This document shows, piece by piece, positions 28,288-38,086 of a DNA stretch of 64,000 nt. The stretch is from an uncultured Pseudomonadota bacterium (GTDB lineage: Bacteria > Oederibacteriota > Muellerivitia > Muellerivitales > Muellerivitaceae), in contig CAWIIP010000002.1 in NCBI GenBank assembly GCA_963836235.1, forward strand, positions 1,920,001 through 1,984,000, in the 5' to 3' direction. Position 1 is the first letter of the stretch. Each line of letters opens with the position of its first letter. Position numbers and translations under genes: made by a program. Under the pieces are notes generated by a model. That model searched no databases. It saw nothing but the letters and a program-made list of their open reading frames with translations, and was not told the DNA's origin.

Positions 28288-29409
28288 ATGAAAAAGTGGC
28301 AGATCATGGATCTTGTCCGAAGCTTCTCGATTTTGGCGGTTTTGGCCGTTCATTCGAGTTCGTTCTTGAAGCCCTCCGATCAACCCATTACCCAAGCGGC
28401 CTTCCACCTGTTCGAAAGAAATGGCGGTTACGGGGTTTTTATTTTCTTCGTTGTTTCGGGCTTTCTCATTTCGCATGTCATCGCGGATAGCCGCGGAAAT
28501 TTCTTCAACCCTAATTTCCGTCAGTTTTATTCCCGTCGGATTGGCCGGATCGTGCCTCTTTTGGTCCTGGTTATTTTAGCGGGGGTCTGCTTCGACTGTC
28601 TTTTGTCTCATGATTCTCTAAAGGTTCAAAAATGTTTCGGTTTGGAACAAACCGGCCCATGGTTTTGGCTGTCTATGGCCACTTTTACACTAAATTGGTG
28701 GGTTTTTTTCAAACCCGGGATGCTTCTGGGAAGCCTCTGGGGAGTGCTGTGGTCGCTCAGCATTGAGGAACAATATTATTTTATTTTCCCCATCGCCCTC
28801 AAAAAGCTCGGAAAGCCTAAAAATCTGGTTTTTTCCCTTCTCGCTTTCATCCTGGCGGGACTGGTTTGGAGGACTTGCGCTTATTTCTGTTTCACGACCT
28901 ATTGGTTCTACAAATTTTATTTTAACTCCCTGAGTTGTTTCGACCTGATCGCCTTTGGTATTTTGCTTTTCATCGTTTCAAGCCGTTTCGAAAAGTATTT
29001 CCAAAGGAACAAGGGACTAAGCCTCATCGTTTGCGGGACGGGTTTTTTATGGACGGCCCTCGTTTACGTCGGCACCTTTTACAGCGAAAAAATCGACCAA
29101 ATTTACGCTTCCACCGCCATGGGAGCCGGAGTATTCGCTTTCCTCTTGGGGGGCATGAACCTGGCTTTTTTCCAGTCGAAGTACTTGAAACTCCTCAGCC
29201 TTCCCGGAAAGTACTGTTATGGAATGTATCTGTTCCATTGGTTCGTTCTTTTCCTGATCGGCTCCAGCTTGCCGAAGATAAACTGTTTTTTGGGGTATTT
29301 TCTTTTTGTCGGCCTTACCACGGCCATCGCGGGATTTTCCTATCACGTCTTCGAAGCGCCGATGAATCTTTTTATTCGGAAATTATCGGAAAGTGGAGCC
29401 TCGAAATAA
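28288..29409 (+). CDS. Acyltransferase_3 (OafA/YrhL-like) membrane O-acyltransferase
   Basis: D..RS.SIL.V...H, FFVVSGFLI, FY.RR..RI.P, WSLSIEEQYY, YGMYLFH. Confidence 0.92.
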   Translation: MKKWQIMDLVRSFSILAVLAVHSSSFLKPSDQPITQAAFHLFERNGGYGVFIFFVVSGFLISHVIADSRGNFFNPNFRQFYSRRIGRIVPLLVLVILAGVCFDCLLSHDSLKVQKCFGLEQTGPWFWLSMATFTLNWWVFFKPGMLLGSLWGVLWSLSIEEQYYFIFPIALKKLGKPKNLVFSLLAFILAGLVWRTCAYFCFTTYWFYKFYFNSLSCFDLIAFGILLFIVSSRFEKYFQRNKGLSLIVCGTGFLWTALVYVGTFYSEKIDQIYASTAMGAGVFAFLLGGMNLAFFQSKYLKLLSLPGKYCYGMYLFHWFVLFLIGSSLPKINCFLGYFLFVGLTTAIAGFSYHVFEAPMNLFIRKLSESGASK

Positions 29410-29545
29410 CCTTCTTTAGTCTTCCTCAATCCATCGGGGCGAAAAAGAGGAAACTCTGAACCCGAAGGCGCGTTACCCTTCCTTTTGATTTCAAATGGTT
29501 TGCGGTAAAATGCCGCTCTGAATATTTTTTAATGGAGGCCGGAGT

Positions 29546-30103
29546 ATGAAGAGGAAATCCATCAACTTTTTTTATTTAGTCCTTTCAGTCTTTTTTTCAG
29601 CTAGTTCGATTTTAATGGCCCAGGAGGCCAAACCCACGCCGGCGGCCCGAAAACCCATCATCGTTCGATGGAACACGATGAAAGGCATGAATTACTACCT
29701 TTCCGGCGTCAAGGTCAATGACCATGCCAGCTTGGAAAAGATTATCCTTCCCTTGAATGATCCGGAAGCGACAAGGCTTTTAAAATTATCCGAAGATTCG
29801 AAGGACTCCGGAGTTTTTTTTCTAGTGGCCGGACTGCCCCTCACCCTGGGCGGGGGGATAGTGGAGGGGGTCGCTTATAACCACGGCATCAACAGCGATA
29901 CCGGCGCGGAAGTAGCCGGCGGGATTGGACTGATCGTTGGATTAGTCGGCGATTATGTCGGGCTTTTTAAGCTGGCGGAATCCCAAACCTCCCAATTCGC
30001 GGCCGTTCAGCGGTATAACCTGATCGTCACCGGGAATGGGGACCTTTCCTGGAACCAACCCAAGCCTTCCCTGAATCTGGCGTCGTTAACCATTCCTTTT
30101 TAA
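29546..30103 (+). CDS. Hypothetical exported/membrane protein
   Basis: Signal peptide plus Gly-rich hydrophobic hairpin. Confidence 0.65.
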   Translation: MKRKSINFFYLVLSVFFSASSILMAQEAKPTPAARKPIIVRWNTMKGMNYYLSGVKVNDHASLEKIILPLNDPEATRLLKLSEDSKDSGVFFLVAGLPLTLGGGIVEGVAYNHGINSDTGAEVAGGIGLIVGLVGDYVGLFKLAESQTSQFAAVQRYNLIVTGNGDLSWNQPKPSLNLASLTIPF

Positions 30104-30134
30104 TCACGGTGACTGAACCTTTGGACGGGCCCAA

Positions 30135-31037
30135 GTGATTTATTGCTACGGCGTCACCGCCATCAGCCGCATTTACCGCCTTCAATCGGATTTTCCCAAG
30201 GCCAACGGCTATGCCGAAGTGATCGCGGAAAAGGATAATATCGGCGGGGAAGCGGTAGGGACGGCCATGTGCCTAGCCCGGTTCGGGCACCAGGTTACGC
30301 TGGACGGCTTGAAAGTCACGACACGGGGGCAAGGCAGGGAAGTTTTCAAGAAGCTCGAGGGGCTCGGGATCGACGCTTCCCGAATCAAATCTTCCCGGTT
30401 GAAAGTGGGCGCGGTGGAAGCGGTTTATTCGGACAAGACCACCCGAAGCGTTTTCGCCAATTACGTCCAGACCTTCGCGGATAGTTCCAACCGCAACCCA
30501 CCTTCCGCCGCCCTGATTCGCGAAGCCGCCCATGTCATGATTGATCCCTTCCTGAAAGGGGACTCGGCCCTGGCCGCGCGATTGGCCCGGCGGCACCGAA
30601 TCCCTTACAGCCTCATGGATATTCACCATCACGACCCCGCTCTTTCCCCGGCCGCCTCCGTCATCTTGTCCGGGGATTTTACCGGCCAGTTTTATCGGGG
30701 CAAAAGCGTCCGGCAATTGTTTAAACTTTACCTATCGAGGATGTCGGGATTGTTGATCCTAACCCAGGGCTCCAAGGCGGTCTGGTATGGCCGCCGGGGC
30801 GGGCTGATCCGTATTGGGAAACCTTTTTCCGTGAAAGTGAAGGATACGACGGGAGCGGGGGATTCTTTCCGGGCGGGGGTGGTGCACGGTCTTTTAAGCG
30901 GCTGGCCCGATTCCAAGTCCATTACCTTCGCTTCGGCCCTGGCGGCCATGATCTGCCAGACTTTCCCGGGATGTATGGAAGGGCCTCGTCTTGAACAGGT
31001 GAAAAGTTTCATCAAGAGACGCTTTGGAAAATTTTAA
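30135..31037 (+). CDS. PfkB-family carbohydrate kinase
   Basis: DTTGAGDSFRAG signature. Confidence 0.9.
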   Translation: MIYCYGVTAISRIYRLQSDFPKANGYAEVIAEKDNIGGEAVGTAMCLARFGHQVTLDGLKVTTRGQGREVFKKLEGLGIDASRIKSSRLKVGAVEAVYSDKTTRSVFANYVQTFADSSNRNPPSAALIREAAHVMIDPFLKGDSALAARLARRHRIPYSLMDIHHHDPALSPAASVILSGDFTGQFYRGKSVRQLFKLYLSRMSGLLILTQGSKAVWYGRRGGLIRIGKPFSVKVKDTTGAGDSFRAGVVHGLLSGWPDSKSITFASALAAMICQTFPGCMEGPRLEQVKSFIKRRFGKF

Positions 31038-31049
31038 AGAGAGAAACTC

Positions 31050-31886
31050 ATGAATATCCCCTTCTTTCAAGTGGACGCTTTCGTGACGCGTGAACCTTTC
31101 TCGGGAAACCCGGCGGGGGTCTGTATTCTTCCGGGCCCCATGGATAGGCCTTGGATGCAGTCGCTGGCCATGGAAGTCAACCAGGAGGAAACGGCCTTTC
31201 TTTATCCCGAAAACGACGGCTTCCGCCTGAGGTGGTTCACGCCGAAGATCGAAGTGGCCCTTTGCGGTCACGCCACCTTGGCAAGCGCCCATGTGCTTTG
31301 GCATGAGGGAATCTTAAAAAAGGGTGAGGAAGCCCGTTTTTATACTCAGAGCGGGCTTTTGAAGGCCGGCCAAAAAGGGGATTTGATCGAATTGGATTTT
31401 CCGGCGAAGCCGACGGTTGTCTGTGAAAAACCCAAGGGACTGGAGAAAGCCTTGGGTACCTCGGTTCTCAGCTTGGGCCTTACCGGAACGGTTTATTTGG
31501 CGGAATTGTCCTCCGATCAGGCGGTAAGAAACCTCAAGCCCGATTTCAAAATGATGGAATCTTTCCTGAATCCCCAGTTGCACGGCGTCATCGTGACCGC
31601 CGCTTCGAAGGACCCAGCTTATGATTTCGTCTCCCGTTTTTTCGCTCCCTTGGCGGGAATTCCGGAAGATCCAGTGACCGGTTCGGCCCATTGCTGTCTT
31701 GGCCCTTTTTGGAAAGAACGGCTCCATAAAAATTCCTTTTCGGCCTATCAAGCCTCCTCCCGGGGCGGGGTTCTTCAAGTACGCTGTGAGGGCGACCGCG
31801 TCTTTCTGGGCGGGAAGGCTTTAACCGTTATTCAGGGTGAATTATCACAATTTAGCAAGGAGCGTCATGGCTCCAGGGGAGAATGA
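31050..31886 (+). CDS. PhzF-family isomerase
   Basis: VDAF...GNPAGV, LCGHATLA, EDPVTGSAHC. Confidence 0.94.
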   Translation: MNIPFFQVDAFVTREPFSGNPAGVCILPGPMDRPWMQSLAMEVNQEETAFLYPENDGFRLRWFTPKIEVALCGHATLASAHVLWHEGILKKGEEARFYTQSGLLKAGQKGDLIELDFPAKPTVVCEKPKGLEKALGTSVLSLGLTGTVYLAELSSDQAVRNLKPDFKMMESFLNPQLHGVIVTAASKDPAYDFVSRFFAPLAGIPEDPVTGSAHCCLGPFWKERLHKNSFSAYQASSRGGVLQVRCEGDRVFLGGKALTVIQGELSQFSKERHGSRGE

Positions 31887-31887
31887 A

Positions 31888-32337
31888 ATGCCTGATTTTC
31901 AAACGATAGTCCAGGATAACCGCAAGGAACGGGAGAGACTTTCGGGCCTCGTGGCGGGCCTTCGGGAGGGGGATTTTCAGACCCGCCTGCCCAATGGTTG
32001 GACGATCACGATGGCCCTGGGCCACTTGGCTTTTTGGGATTTGCGCCAAGCGACTCTGCTGAAGCGTTGGCTTGAGCAGGGCGTCAAACCAGGTTCCCTG
32101 GATGCGGAGGCGATCAACGAACCTTTAAGCGTTCTCTCCGCCTCTATTTATCCACAAGCCGTGGCGCGGCTGGTCGTCGAAGCGGCGGAAACCATCGACC
32201 GCGCGGTGGAACAATTGACACCCCCTCAGACCGTGGAATTGCTGAAGATGGGTCTGGAACGCAACCTCCACCGGGCCCTGCACCGGCGGGACCATCTGGA
32301 CAAAATCGACAAGGCGCTGGGAGGAAAAATCGGTTAA
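31888..32337 (+). CDS. DinB/MDMPI-like protein
   Basis: GWTI..LGHLAFWD, HRRDHL. Confidence 0.75.
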   Translation: MPDFQTIVQDNRKERERLSGLVAGLREGDFQTRLPNGWTITMALGHLAFWDLRQATLLKRWLEQGVKPGSLDAEAINEPLSVLSASIYPQAVARLVVEAAETIDRAVEQLTPPQTVELLKMGLERNLHRALHRRDHLDKIDKALGGKIG

Positions 32338-32345
32338 ATTATCCT

Positions 32346-32490
32346 TAACAGGTTGTTGAAAAAGTAGTTTTCAGCAACCTGTCGACAGCCATGGGATAGA
32401 AAGAGGCACCCAAAATATGGTTTTTATCTTTCGTGTCTCTTTCATAAATAGGAAAGAGTCCTTTTTCAGGACTTTTTCAGCATCCTGTTA
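32346..32490. mobile_element. MITE-like non-autonomous element
   Basis: Terminal IRs TAACAGGTTGTTGAAAAAGT / ACTTTTTCAGCATCCTGTTA; extra internal IR copy; no ORF. Confidence 0.7.
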
Positions 32491-34404
32491 ATGCACTTCC
32501 GCACCACCCTCATTCTCCTATCATTGACCGCCCTTTCCGCCCCCCTCGCTTTTTCACAAACCCCCACGCCGGTTTTAACCCCGGGTGAAACCGACTATTC
32601 CAAAGTCATCGAGGATTTGGAAAACTTCATACCCGATGAAATGCATAACGAGCACGTGAGGGGCTTGAGCGTTGCCTTGGTGGATGGCGGCAGGGTGGTT
32701 TGGGTCAAGGGTTTCGGGCACGCGGACTCGGACAAGCAAATCCGCGCCACGGGTGACACCCTTTACCACCTGGGGGCGGTTTCCAAAATCTTCACCGCGG
32801 CGGAGGTCTTGAAACTGGCGCGGGAGGGCAGGATCGGACTGGATAAGCCCCTGCGGAAATATCTTCCGGAATTTTCCATTCACAGCCGGTTCAAAAAAGC
32901 CAAGGTGCTCACCGTCCGGTCTCTTTTAGCCAACCATTCGGGCCTCCCGGGCTTTTTCCTCAAGGGCATTTGGGTGGACCATCCGCAAGGGCTCGCGGAT
33001 TTCATCCAGGACCTGAAGTCCGACTACCTGGTCGCCCCGCCCCAAAGCCTCTATAAGTATTCTTACGTGGATTACGACCTTCTAGGCCGCCTGGTGGAAG
33101 TGAAACGTAAGGAAGCTTTCGCGGACGCGGTGAAGGAAGACCTCTTCGAACCCTTGGGCATGGAGAACTCTTCCTTCGATAACTCGTCCGATAACGATCC
33201 TCAATTGGCCCAGGGCTACCGCAAAGGCAATAAAGTGGACCTGATCCATTTGCGGGATGTCCCGGCGGCGGGAATGGTTTCCAGCGCCAACGACCTGGCG
33301 AAGTTTCTCCAGGCGGTTTTGGGCGGCGGGGAACAAGGCGATCCAGCGCTGGTCCGGAACGAAATCCTGAAGGCCATGTTCAAACCCCAATATCCGGACA
33401 TCCCGATGGACCTAGGCCATCAAGTGGGAATGGGCTGGCAATTGAACGGCCTGGATATCGCGGGTTCCCAAGGCACGGCCTGGCATGACGGTGAGTACCC
33501 GCCCTATATCGCCCAGTTGACGGTGCTTTACCAACAGGGGTTGGGAGTGGTTTTTCTTTCCAACAGCGAGGAAGGGGACAAGCCGAGGGAAGACGTGACG
33601 GTGCGGGCCTTGGAACTCATGCTCCAGGCCAAATACGGGCTCCAGGAAGATTTGAAGAAGAAAAAAATCGAGATGCCCAAGACCGTCACGGTTCCGCTGG
33701 ATCAACTGGACCAGGACACGGGCTATTATTCGGCGCTAGGGCAATTGATGAAGGTGACCCGCCGTGATGGCCACTTGGCAGCCGAGTGGGACGGCCACCA
33801 ACTGGACCTGCTTCCCGTCTCTCTAGACACTTTTGTGCCCCATATCACCTTTATTATTTTCCCCATAGACCTGCCCCAATTCCCGATCACCTTTTCCCGG
33901 ATCCAGGAACAGGAAACGGGCGTTCTGGGAGGCTTGGCCTTTCCCGTGCCGCTTGAGAAAATCCAGCCGGTGGATATCCCCCAGGCTTGGAAGGACCGGG
34001 AAGGGGACTATGAACTGGAAAATCCTGACGGGCAGTTTGAGTTCAGCCGAATTTCCCTGGGAGAAAAGGAGGGATTCCTGACGGTGACCTTGAAAGTTTC
34101 CTTCAAAGCCTTCGACCTCAAGGAACAAGAATTCAAGGTGGCCTTGTTGCCCCTCTCCGATGAGGACGCGGTGATCCCTGGACTTTTTTACGGAGACGGG
34201 GGAACCCTTCACGCGGTGGATGAAGAAAAGACCCGGGCGTTCTATTCGGGCTATTGGTTTAGGAAAAAGGAAAGTCCCAATTCGACGCCGGTTGAGCCGA
34301 CACCGAAACCGGTCGTGCCGGTTCCCACCCCGATCATCCCCTTGACTCCCACGGTGAAAGGGGTGGAACCGACGCCGACTTCAACCATTGGGGCCCAACC
34401 CTAG
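32491..34404 (+). CDS. Beta-lactamase-like (serine hydrolase) exported protein with degenerate active site
   Basis: Fold motifs LLANHSGL, LFEPLGM, PAAGMVSSANDLAKF; GAVSK in place of GSxSK. Confidence 0.85.
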   Translation: MHFRTTLILLSLTALSAPLAFSQTPTPVLTPGETDYSKVIEDLENFIPDEMHNEHVRGLSVALVDGGRVVWVKGFGHADSDKQIRATGDTLYHLGAVSKIFTAAEVLKLAREGRIGLDKPLRKYLPEFSIHSRFKKAKVLTVRSLLANHSGLPGFFLKGIWVDHPQGLADFIQDLKSDYLVAPPQSLYKYSYVDYDLLGRLVEVKRKEAFADAVKEDLFEPLGMENSSFDNSSDNDPQLAQGYRKGNKVDLIHLRDVPAAGMVSSANDLAKFLQAVLGGGEQGDPALVRNEILKAMFKPQYPDIPMDLGHQVGMGWQLNGLDIAGSQGTAWHDGEYPPYIAQLTVLYQQGLGVVFLSNSEEGDKPREDVTVRALELMLQAKYGLQEDLKKKKIEMPKTVTVPLDQLDQDTGYYSALGQLMKVTRRDGHLAAEWDGHQLDLLPVSLDTFVPHITFIIFPIDLPQFPITFSRIQEQETGVLGGLAFPVPLEKIQPVDIPQAWKDREGDYELENPDGQFEFSRISLGEKEGFLTVTLKVSFKAFDLKEQEFKVALLPLSDEDAVIPGLFYGDGGTLHAVDEEKTRAFYSGYWFRKKESPNSTPVEPTPKPVVPVPTPIIPLTPTVKGVEPTPTSTIGAQP

Positions 34405-34415
34405 AAGGTTCCGCC

Positions 34416-35354
34416 TCACGTTTCCGTTATGCTCTTGGTGAGAAATTTCTTCGCGCCCTCGAAATTTTCCTGGCTTCCCCAGCCGCCGTACATCCAATCG
34501 TCGTCCTTCAAAAGATTAAACTGCCGAAGGGCCGTTTCATATTGGCCGGCGATCATACTGATTCGGGCGTACCAACTGCGCGCGGGAATATCGGTGGGAT
34601 TGATTTTTAGATAATCTTCGAAGGCCTTTTGGACGGGAGTCCAAACCGAGGGGTCCTTGAAATATTCCTTCCGGTCAGGGCTCAAATCCCACAGGGCCTC
34701 CTGAAAGACAACCGTCAAGAGCCTGACCCGGGAGCCGGGGGAGGCCGCCGCCACGGAGGCATCGATGAAGGTCTTTACCGCCGCCACGTCCGAATGGGCG
34801 TGGAAAAACATAAAATTCATCTTGGCGCAGTAGGCGGAGTAGCAGTCGGGATCGGCTCGCACCGCGTTTTGGAAAGACCGTTCCACCTCGTTATCCCGGT
34901 GGAAGACTATTTGACCTTCCATTTGGAGGGTCCAAAGATAACCGTTGCCGGGGGAAAGGGCGCAGGCCTTGTCCAAGGCTTTCTGGCCCTTCTCTTTAAG
35001 ATTTCCCGCAAATTCACTTCGGGGATCGGCGGCGACCGCGTAAACGCAGGCCCGGCCCAGGCAAGCCCAGGCGGCGGGGGATTGGGGATCCGCCGCTATC
35101 CATTCGTCCAAGTGGGAGATGTTTTGATAATTGCCGAGGGCTTGATAAATCAGGTAAAGCATCAGTTTGGGATTAGGGTCTTTAAGGGCCAGGATGGCGG
35201 CGCATTCGCTGTCGATATGGATATAGTTCTGTTGCCGAAAATCCTCAAAGGCCTGTTTTGTGTTGTAGGCGTCTTGGGCGTGGGCAAGGGTAAAGAATGG
35301 AAGCCAAACCAGGATCAAGGCGGCGGTTAATTTCGGAAAGCAAACTAGGCGCAA
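34416..35354 (-). CDS. Exported TPR-like helical protein (DUF4034-like)
   Basis: Signal peptide, LDEWIAADPQS, repeated helical motifs. Confidence 0.65.
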   Translation of the reverse strand: MRLVCFPKLTAALILVWLPFFTLAHAQDAYNTKQAFEDFRQQNYIHIDSECAAILALKDPNPKLMLYLIYQALGNYQNISHLDEWIAADPQSPAAWACLGRACVYAVAADPRSEFAGNLKEKGQKALDKACALSPGNGYLWTLQMEGQIVFHRDNEVERSFQNAVRADPDCYSAYCAKMNFMFFHAHSDVAAVKTFIDASVAAASPGSRVRLLTVVFQEALWDLSPDRKEYFKDPSVWTPVQKAFEDYLKINPTDIPARSWYARISMIAGQYETALRQFNLLKDDDWMYGGWGSQENFEGAKKFLTKSITET

Positions 35355-35466
35355 CGCTATCCTCCCATTAAAGGCTTAAATAGAATAACGGGAGAAGGTG
35401 ATAAAAGAAATCAGAGGGATGGGGGAAATTATTCCCTGTTTTTGCGGCTGGGAGGGTTTTTGAAAG

Positions 35467-36150
35467 TCACCCGAACCGTTGGGCGGCTTCCTCCAGTATT
35501 TTCACAGTTGCGGTGGCGCCCACCCGGGTGACGCCCAAATCCAGTACTTCCAACAAACGGTCCAGGTCGTGGATGCCACCGGCGGCCTTGACTTGAATAG
35601 AAGGGGGGGCGTAGGCCCGCATGAGTTTCAAGTCCTCGTTGGTGGCCCCCCCGGAGCCATAGCCCGTGGAAGTCTTCACGAAATCAGGGCCGATGCCCTC
35701 ACAGATTTGGCAAAGCCGAATCTTTTGATCGTCCTGCAGATAACAATTTTCGAAGATGACTTTGCTGCGGGCCTTGCCGGCCTTGCAGAGGCCCACGACT
35801 CCCCGGATATCTTTCTCCACGAATTCCCAATCGCCGCTCAAAACCTTGCCGATATTGACGACCATGTCCAGTTCGGTGGCGCCATATTGGATGGATTGTT
35901 GGGCTTCCAGCATCTTGACCGCGGTCGTGGAGCCGCCATGGGGAAAACCCACCACAGATCCCACGGCCACACCCGAATCTTTCAATGATTTTGCCGCCCT
36001 GGAAACAAAATAAGGTTTGATGCAAACCGAGGCGACTTTGTACTTGCGAGCGATTTCAATTCCTTCCAAGAGAATGTCGTCCGTCATGACGGGGCTCAAG
36101 AGGGAATGGTCGATGACTTTGGCGATGGACGCGACGGAAAGGTTGTTCAT
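35467..36150 (-). CDS. deoC: Deoxyribose-phosphate aldolase
   Basis: IDHSLL, VGFPHG, ELDMVVNIG, FVKTSTG, VKAAGGI. Confidence 0.96.
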   Translation of the reverse strand: MNNLSVASIAKVIDHSLLSPVMTDDILLEGIEIARKYKVASVCIKPYFVSRAAKSLKDSGVAVGSVVGFPHGGSTTAVKMLEAQQSIQYGATELDMVVNIGKVLSGDWEFVEKDIRGVVGLCKAGKARSKVIFENCYLQDDQKIRLCQICEGIGPDFVKTSTGYGSGGATNEDLKLMRAYAPPSIQVKAAGGIHDLDRLLEVLDLGVTRVGATATVKILEEAAQRFG

Positions 36151-37262
36151 GGAACCATCCTGTATTCGCTGGGGACCAATTCCCCCACCCGGTTACGGCC
36201 GGCGGCCTTGGCCTGGTACAGGCTCTCATCGGCTTTTCGGATGAGTTCCTTATGATCCACCATCGACTGGGTCTGGCAGGCGATTCCCATGCTTACAGTT
36301 ACTTTCCTCCCCTGCAAACCCAAAAGTTCCAGGGGCGCGGAAGATTCGGTAAAGGATTTGAATAACCGCTGCGCCACATTCTGGGCCCCATCTGGGCCCA
36401 CTTCCGGAAGGATGATCGCGAACTCATCCCCGCCAAGCCTCACCACGATATCGACGTTGCGAAGCCCCTGGACGAGGCGTTCCGCCACGGCCTTCAAAAC
36501 CAGGTCCCCGGCGGGATGTCCATAAAGGTCGTTGATTTCCTTAAAATGATCCACGTCAAGGTAGAGAAGGCTGAGAAACCTTTTGTAGCGGCGGCAGCGC
36601 TGGACTTCCCGGGGAAGATAATTGTCGAAGTAACGGCGGTTATAAACGTCCGTCAAACCGTCTTTGATCGTCATGTTCCTGATTTTTTCGTGTATCTGGA
36701 AAGACTCGATGGCGAGCCCGGCCTGGGTCGCGAAATTAATCAGGGAAAGAAGGTCGGATTTATTCAGGCGCCGCTGGGTGAAGAGGTTGTCCACCGCCAG
36801 AACCCCGATGATCTTGTTGTTTCCAATGATGATGGGAGCGACTGCGGTGCAAAAAACACCCGGATCAATATATTTCAAATCTTTTTTCTTGACCATGCGA
36901 TGGAGATTGTTGGTAAAGCTGGCCTTGCGGTGGCCGTAAACCATATCGGAGAACCAGTTGGTTCCTTTGACGGGGGAAAGGGGAATATCCCCGCAATCTC
37001 CCTCGAATTTACCGTAACGGTCGATGCCGATCATCCGTTGGCCGACGTTCCGGTCCCAGTTGACCATGAAAATACCAGCGCGGTCGTAACCCAGCCCTTT
37101 GGTGACGGAGGTGATGAGAAGCTTCAGGATGTCCTCAAAGCTGTTCTCGTCGCGCATGGCTTGCATTAAGCGCTGGTACATGAGAACTTCCTGGGTGAGG
37201 ACTTTTTTGTCTCGGAGGGCCTTTTGCAGAAGGCTCTGCTTTTGAAGGTGGCTTTTGGCCAT
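36147..37262 (-). CDS. GAF-GGDEF diguanylate cyclase
   Basis: DGLTDVYNRR, RxxD I-site, RLGGDEF, ADESLYQAK. Confidence 0.93.
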   Translation of the reverse strand: MAKSHLQKQSLLQKALRDKKVLTQEVLMYQRLMQAMRDENSFEDILKLLITSVTKGLGYDRAGIFMVNWDRNVGQRMIGIDRYGKFEGDCGDIPLSPVKGTNWFSDMVYGHRKASFTNNLHRMVKKKDLKYIDPGVFCTAVAPIIIGNNKIIGVLAVDNLFTQRRLNKSDLLSLINFATQAGLAIESFQIHEKIRNMTIKDGLTDVYNRRYFDNYLPREVQRCRRYKRFLSLLYLDVDHFKEINDLYGHPAGDLVLKAVAERLVQGLRNVDIVVRLGGDEFAIILPEVGPDGAQNVAQRLFKSFTESSAPLELLGLQGRKVTVSMGIACQTQSMVDHKELIRKADESLYQAKAAGRNRVGELVPSEYRMVP

Positions 37263-37421
37263 AAAACCTCCAGCAGAGGGATGTGCGTTTAACCTATTGG
37301 TTTAACGAATAAATTGTCTCATTTTTTGGGTGAATGTCAAATAAAAAGCCGCCCCAAAGGCCCCTGCTTTTAAACAAACAGGGGCTTTTGGGACGGCTTG
37401 ATCAAATTTGAGGAACTGGTT

Positions 37422-38054
37422 TTAGTCTTTGTATTTCACTCCACAGCCATAGGGCGGGGTGGAAGGAACTGAAACTTTCTTTCCGTTTACCATGGATTCG
37501 GTCAATGCCCGATCCACGTAATTCACGAAAGGCTCACCCGAATCAGTTTTGGTGACATCCTCGTCCACCCGGGGGGCGTTGTCGATGGCTCCGTCATAAA
37601 TAAGGACCCCTTTGGGATCGATGACGAACATGTGGGGTGTGGTTTTGGCTCCAAAAGCGTGGCCTAAATTCCCCTTAGGATCCAGGAAGACCGCCGTCAA
37701 ATGGGCATGGTGGCTATTCATATCGGAGTTGGCTTGGGTTGCTTCCGCGTAACCTTCCATCCCGGGAGCGGAGGAAATCACCGCGAACCATTGGACTCCT
37801 TTTCGTACCCACTTCGCCTGCAATTTTTCCATTTTGCCTTTGTATTGGCTCACGACGAAGGGACAGGATTGGTTGTGCCATTCCAAAACCACATACTTTC
37901 CTTTGCTGTCGGCCAGTTTGTGTTCCTTGCCATTGCTGTCGATGGCGGTAAAGTCCGGCGCCGGATCACCCACCGTTGCCGCGTGGCCTAAAGAACTATT
38001 TCCCAAAATGATCAGGGCCAGGGCGAAGAACCCCCAATTCTTAAAATCTTTCAT
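37422..38054 (-). CDS. Exported AhpC/TSA-type redoxin
   Basis: APDFT, LEWHNQSCPFV, AKTTPHMFVID, PYGC.VKY. Confidence 0.88.
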   Translation of the reverse strand: MKDFKNWGFFALALIILGNSSLGHAATVGDPAPDFTAIDSNGKEHKLADSKGKYVVLEWHNQSCPFVVSQYKGKMEKLQAKWVRKGVQWFAVISSAPGMEGYAEATQANSDMNSHHAHLTAVFLDPKGNLGHAFGAKTTPHMFVIDPKGVLIYDGAIDNAPRVDEDVTKTDSGEPFVNYVDRALTESMVNGKKVSVPSTPPYGCGVKYKD

Positions 38055-38086
38055 TCCAATCCTCCTTAAAATTTTTAGTGAAGCCA

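Noticed and set aside
21250-34404. Possible integron cassette array (many co-oriented accessory genes)
   Set aside because: No integrase and no recurring attC-like RYYYAAC...GTTRRRY structures seen
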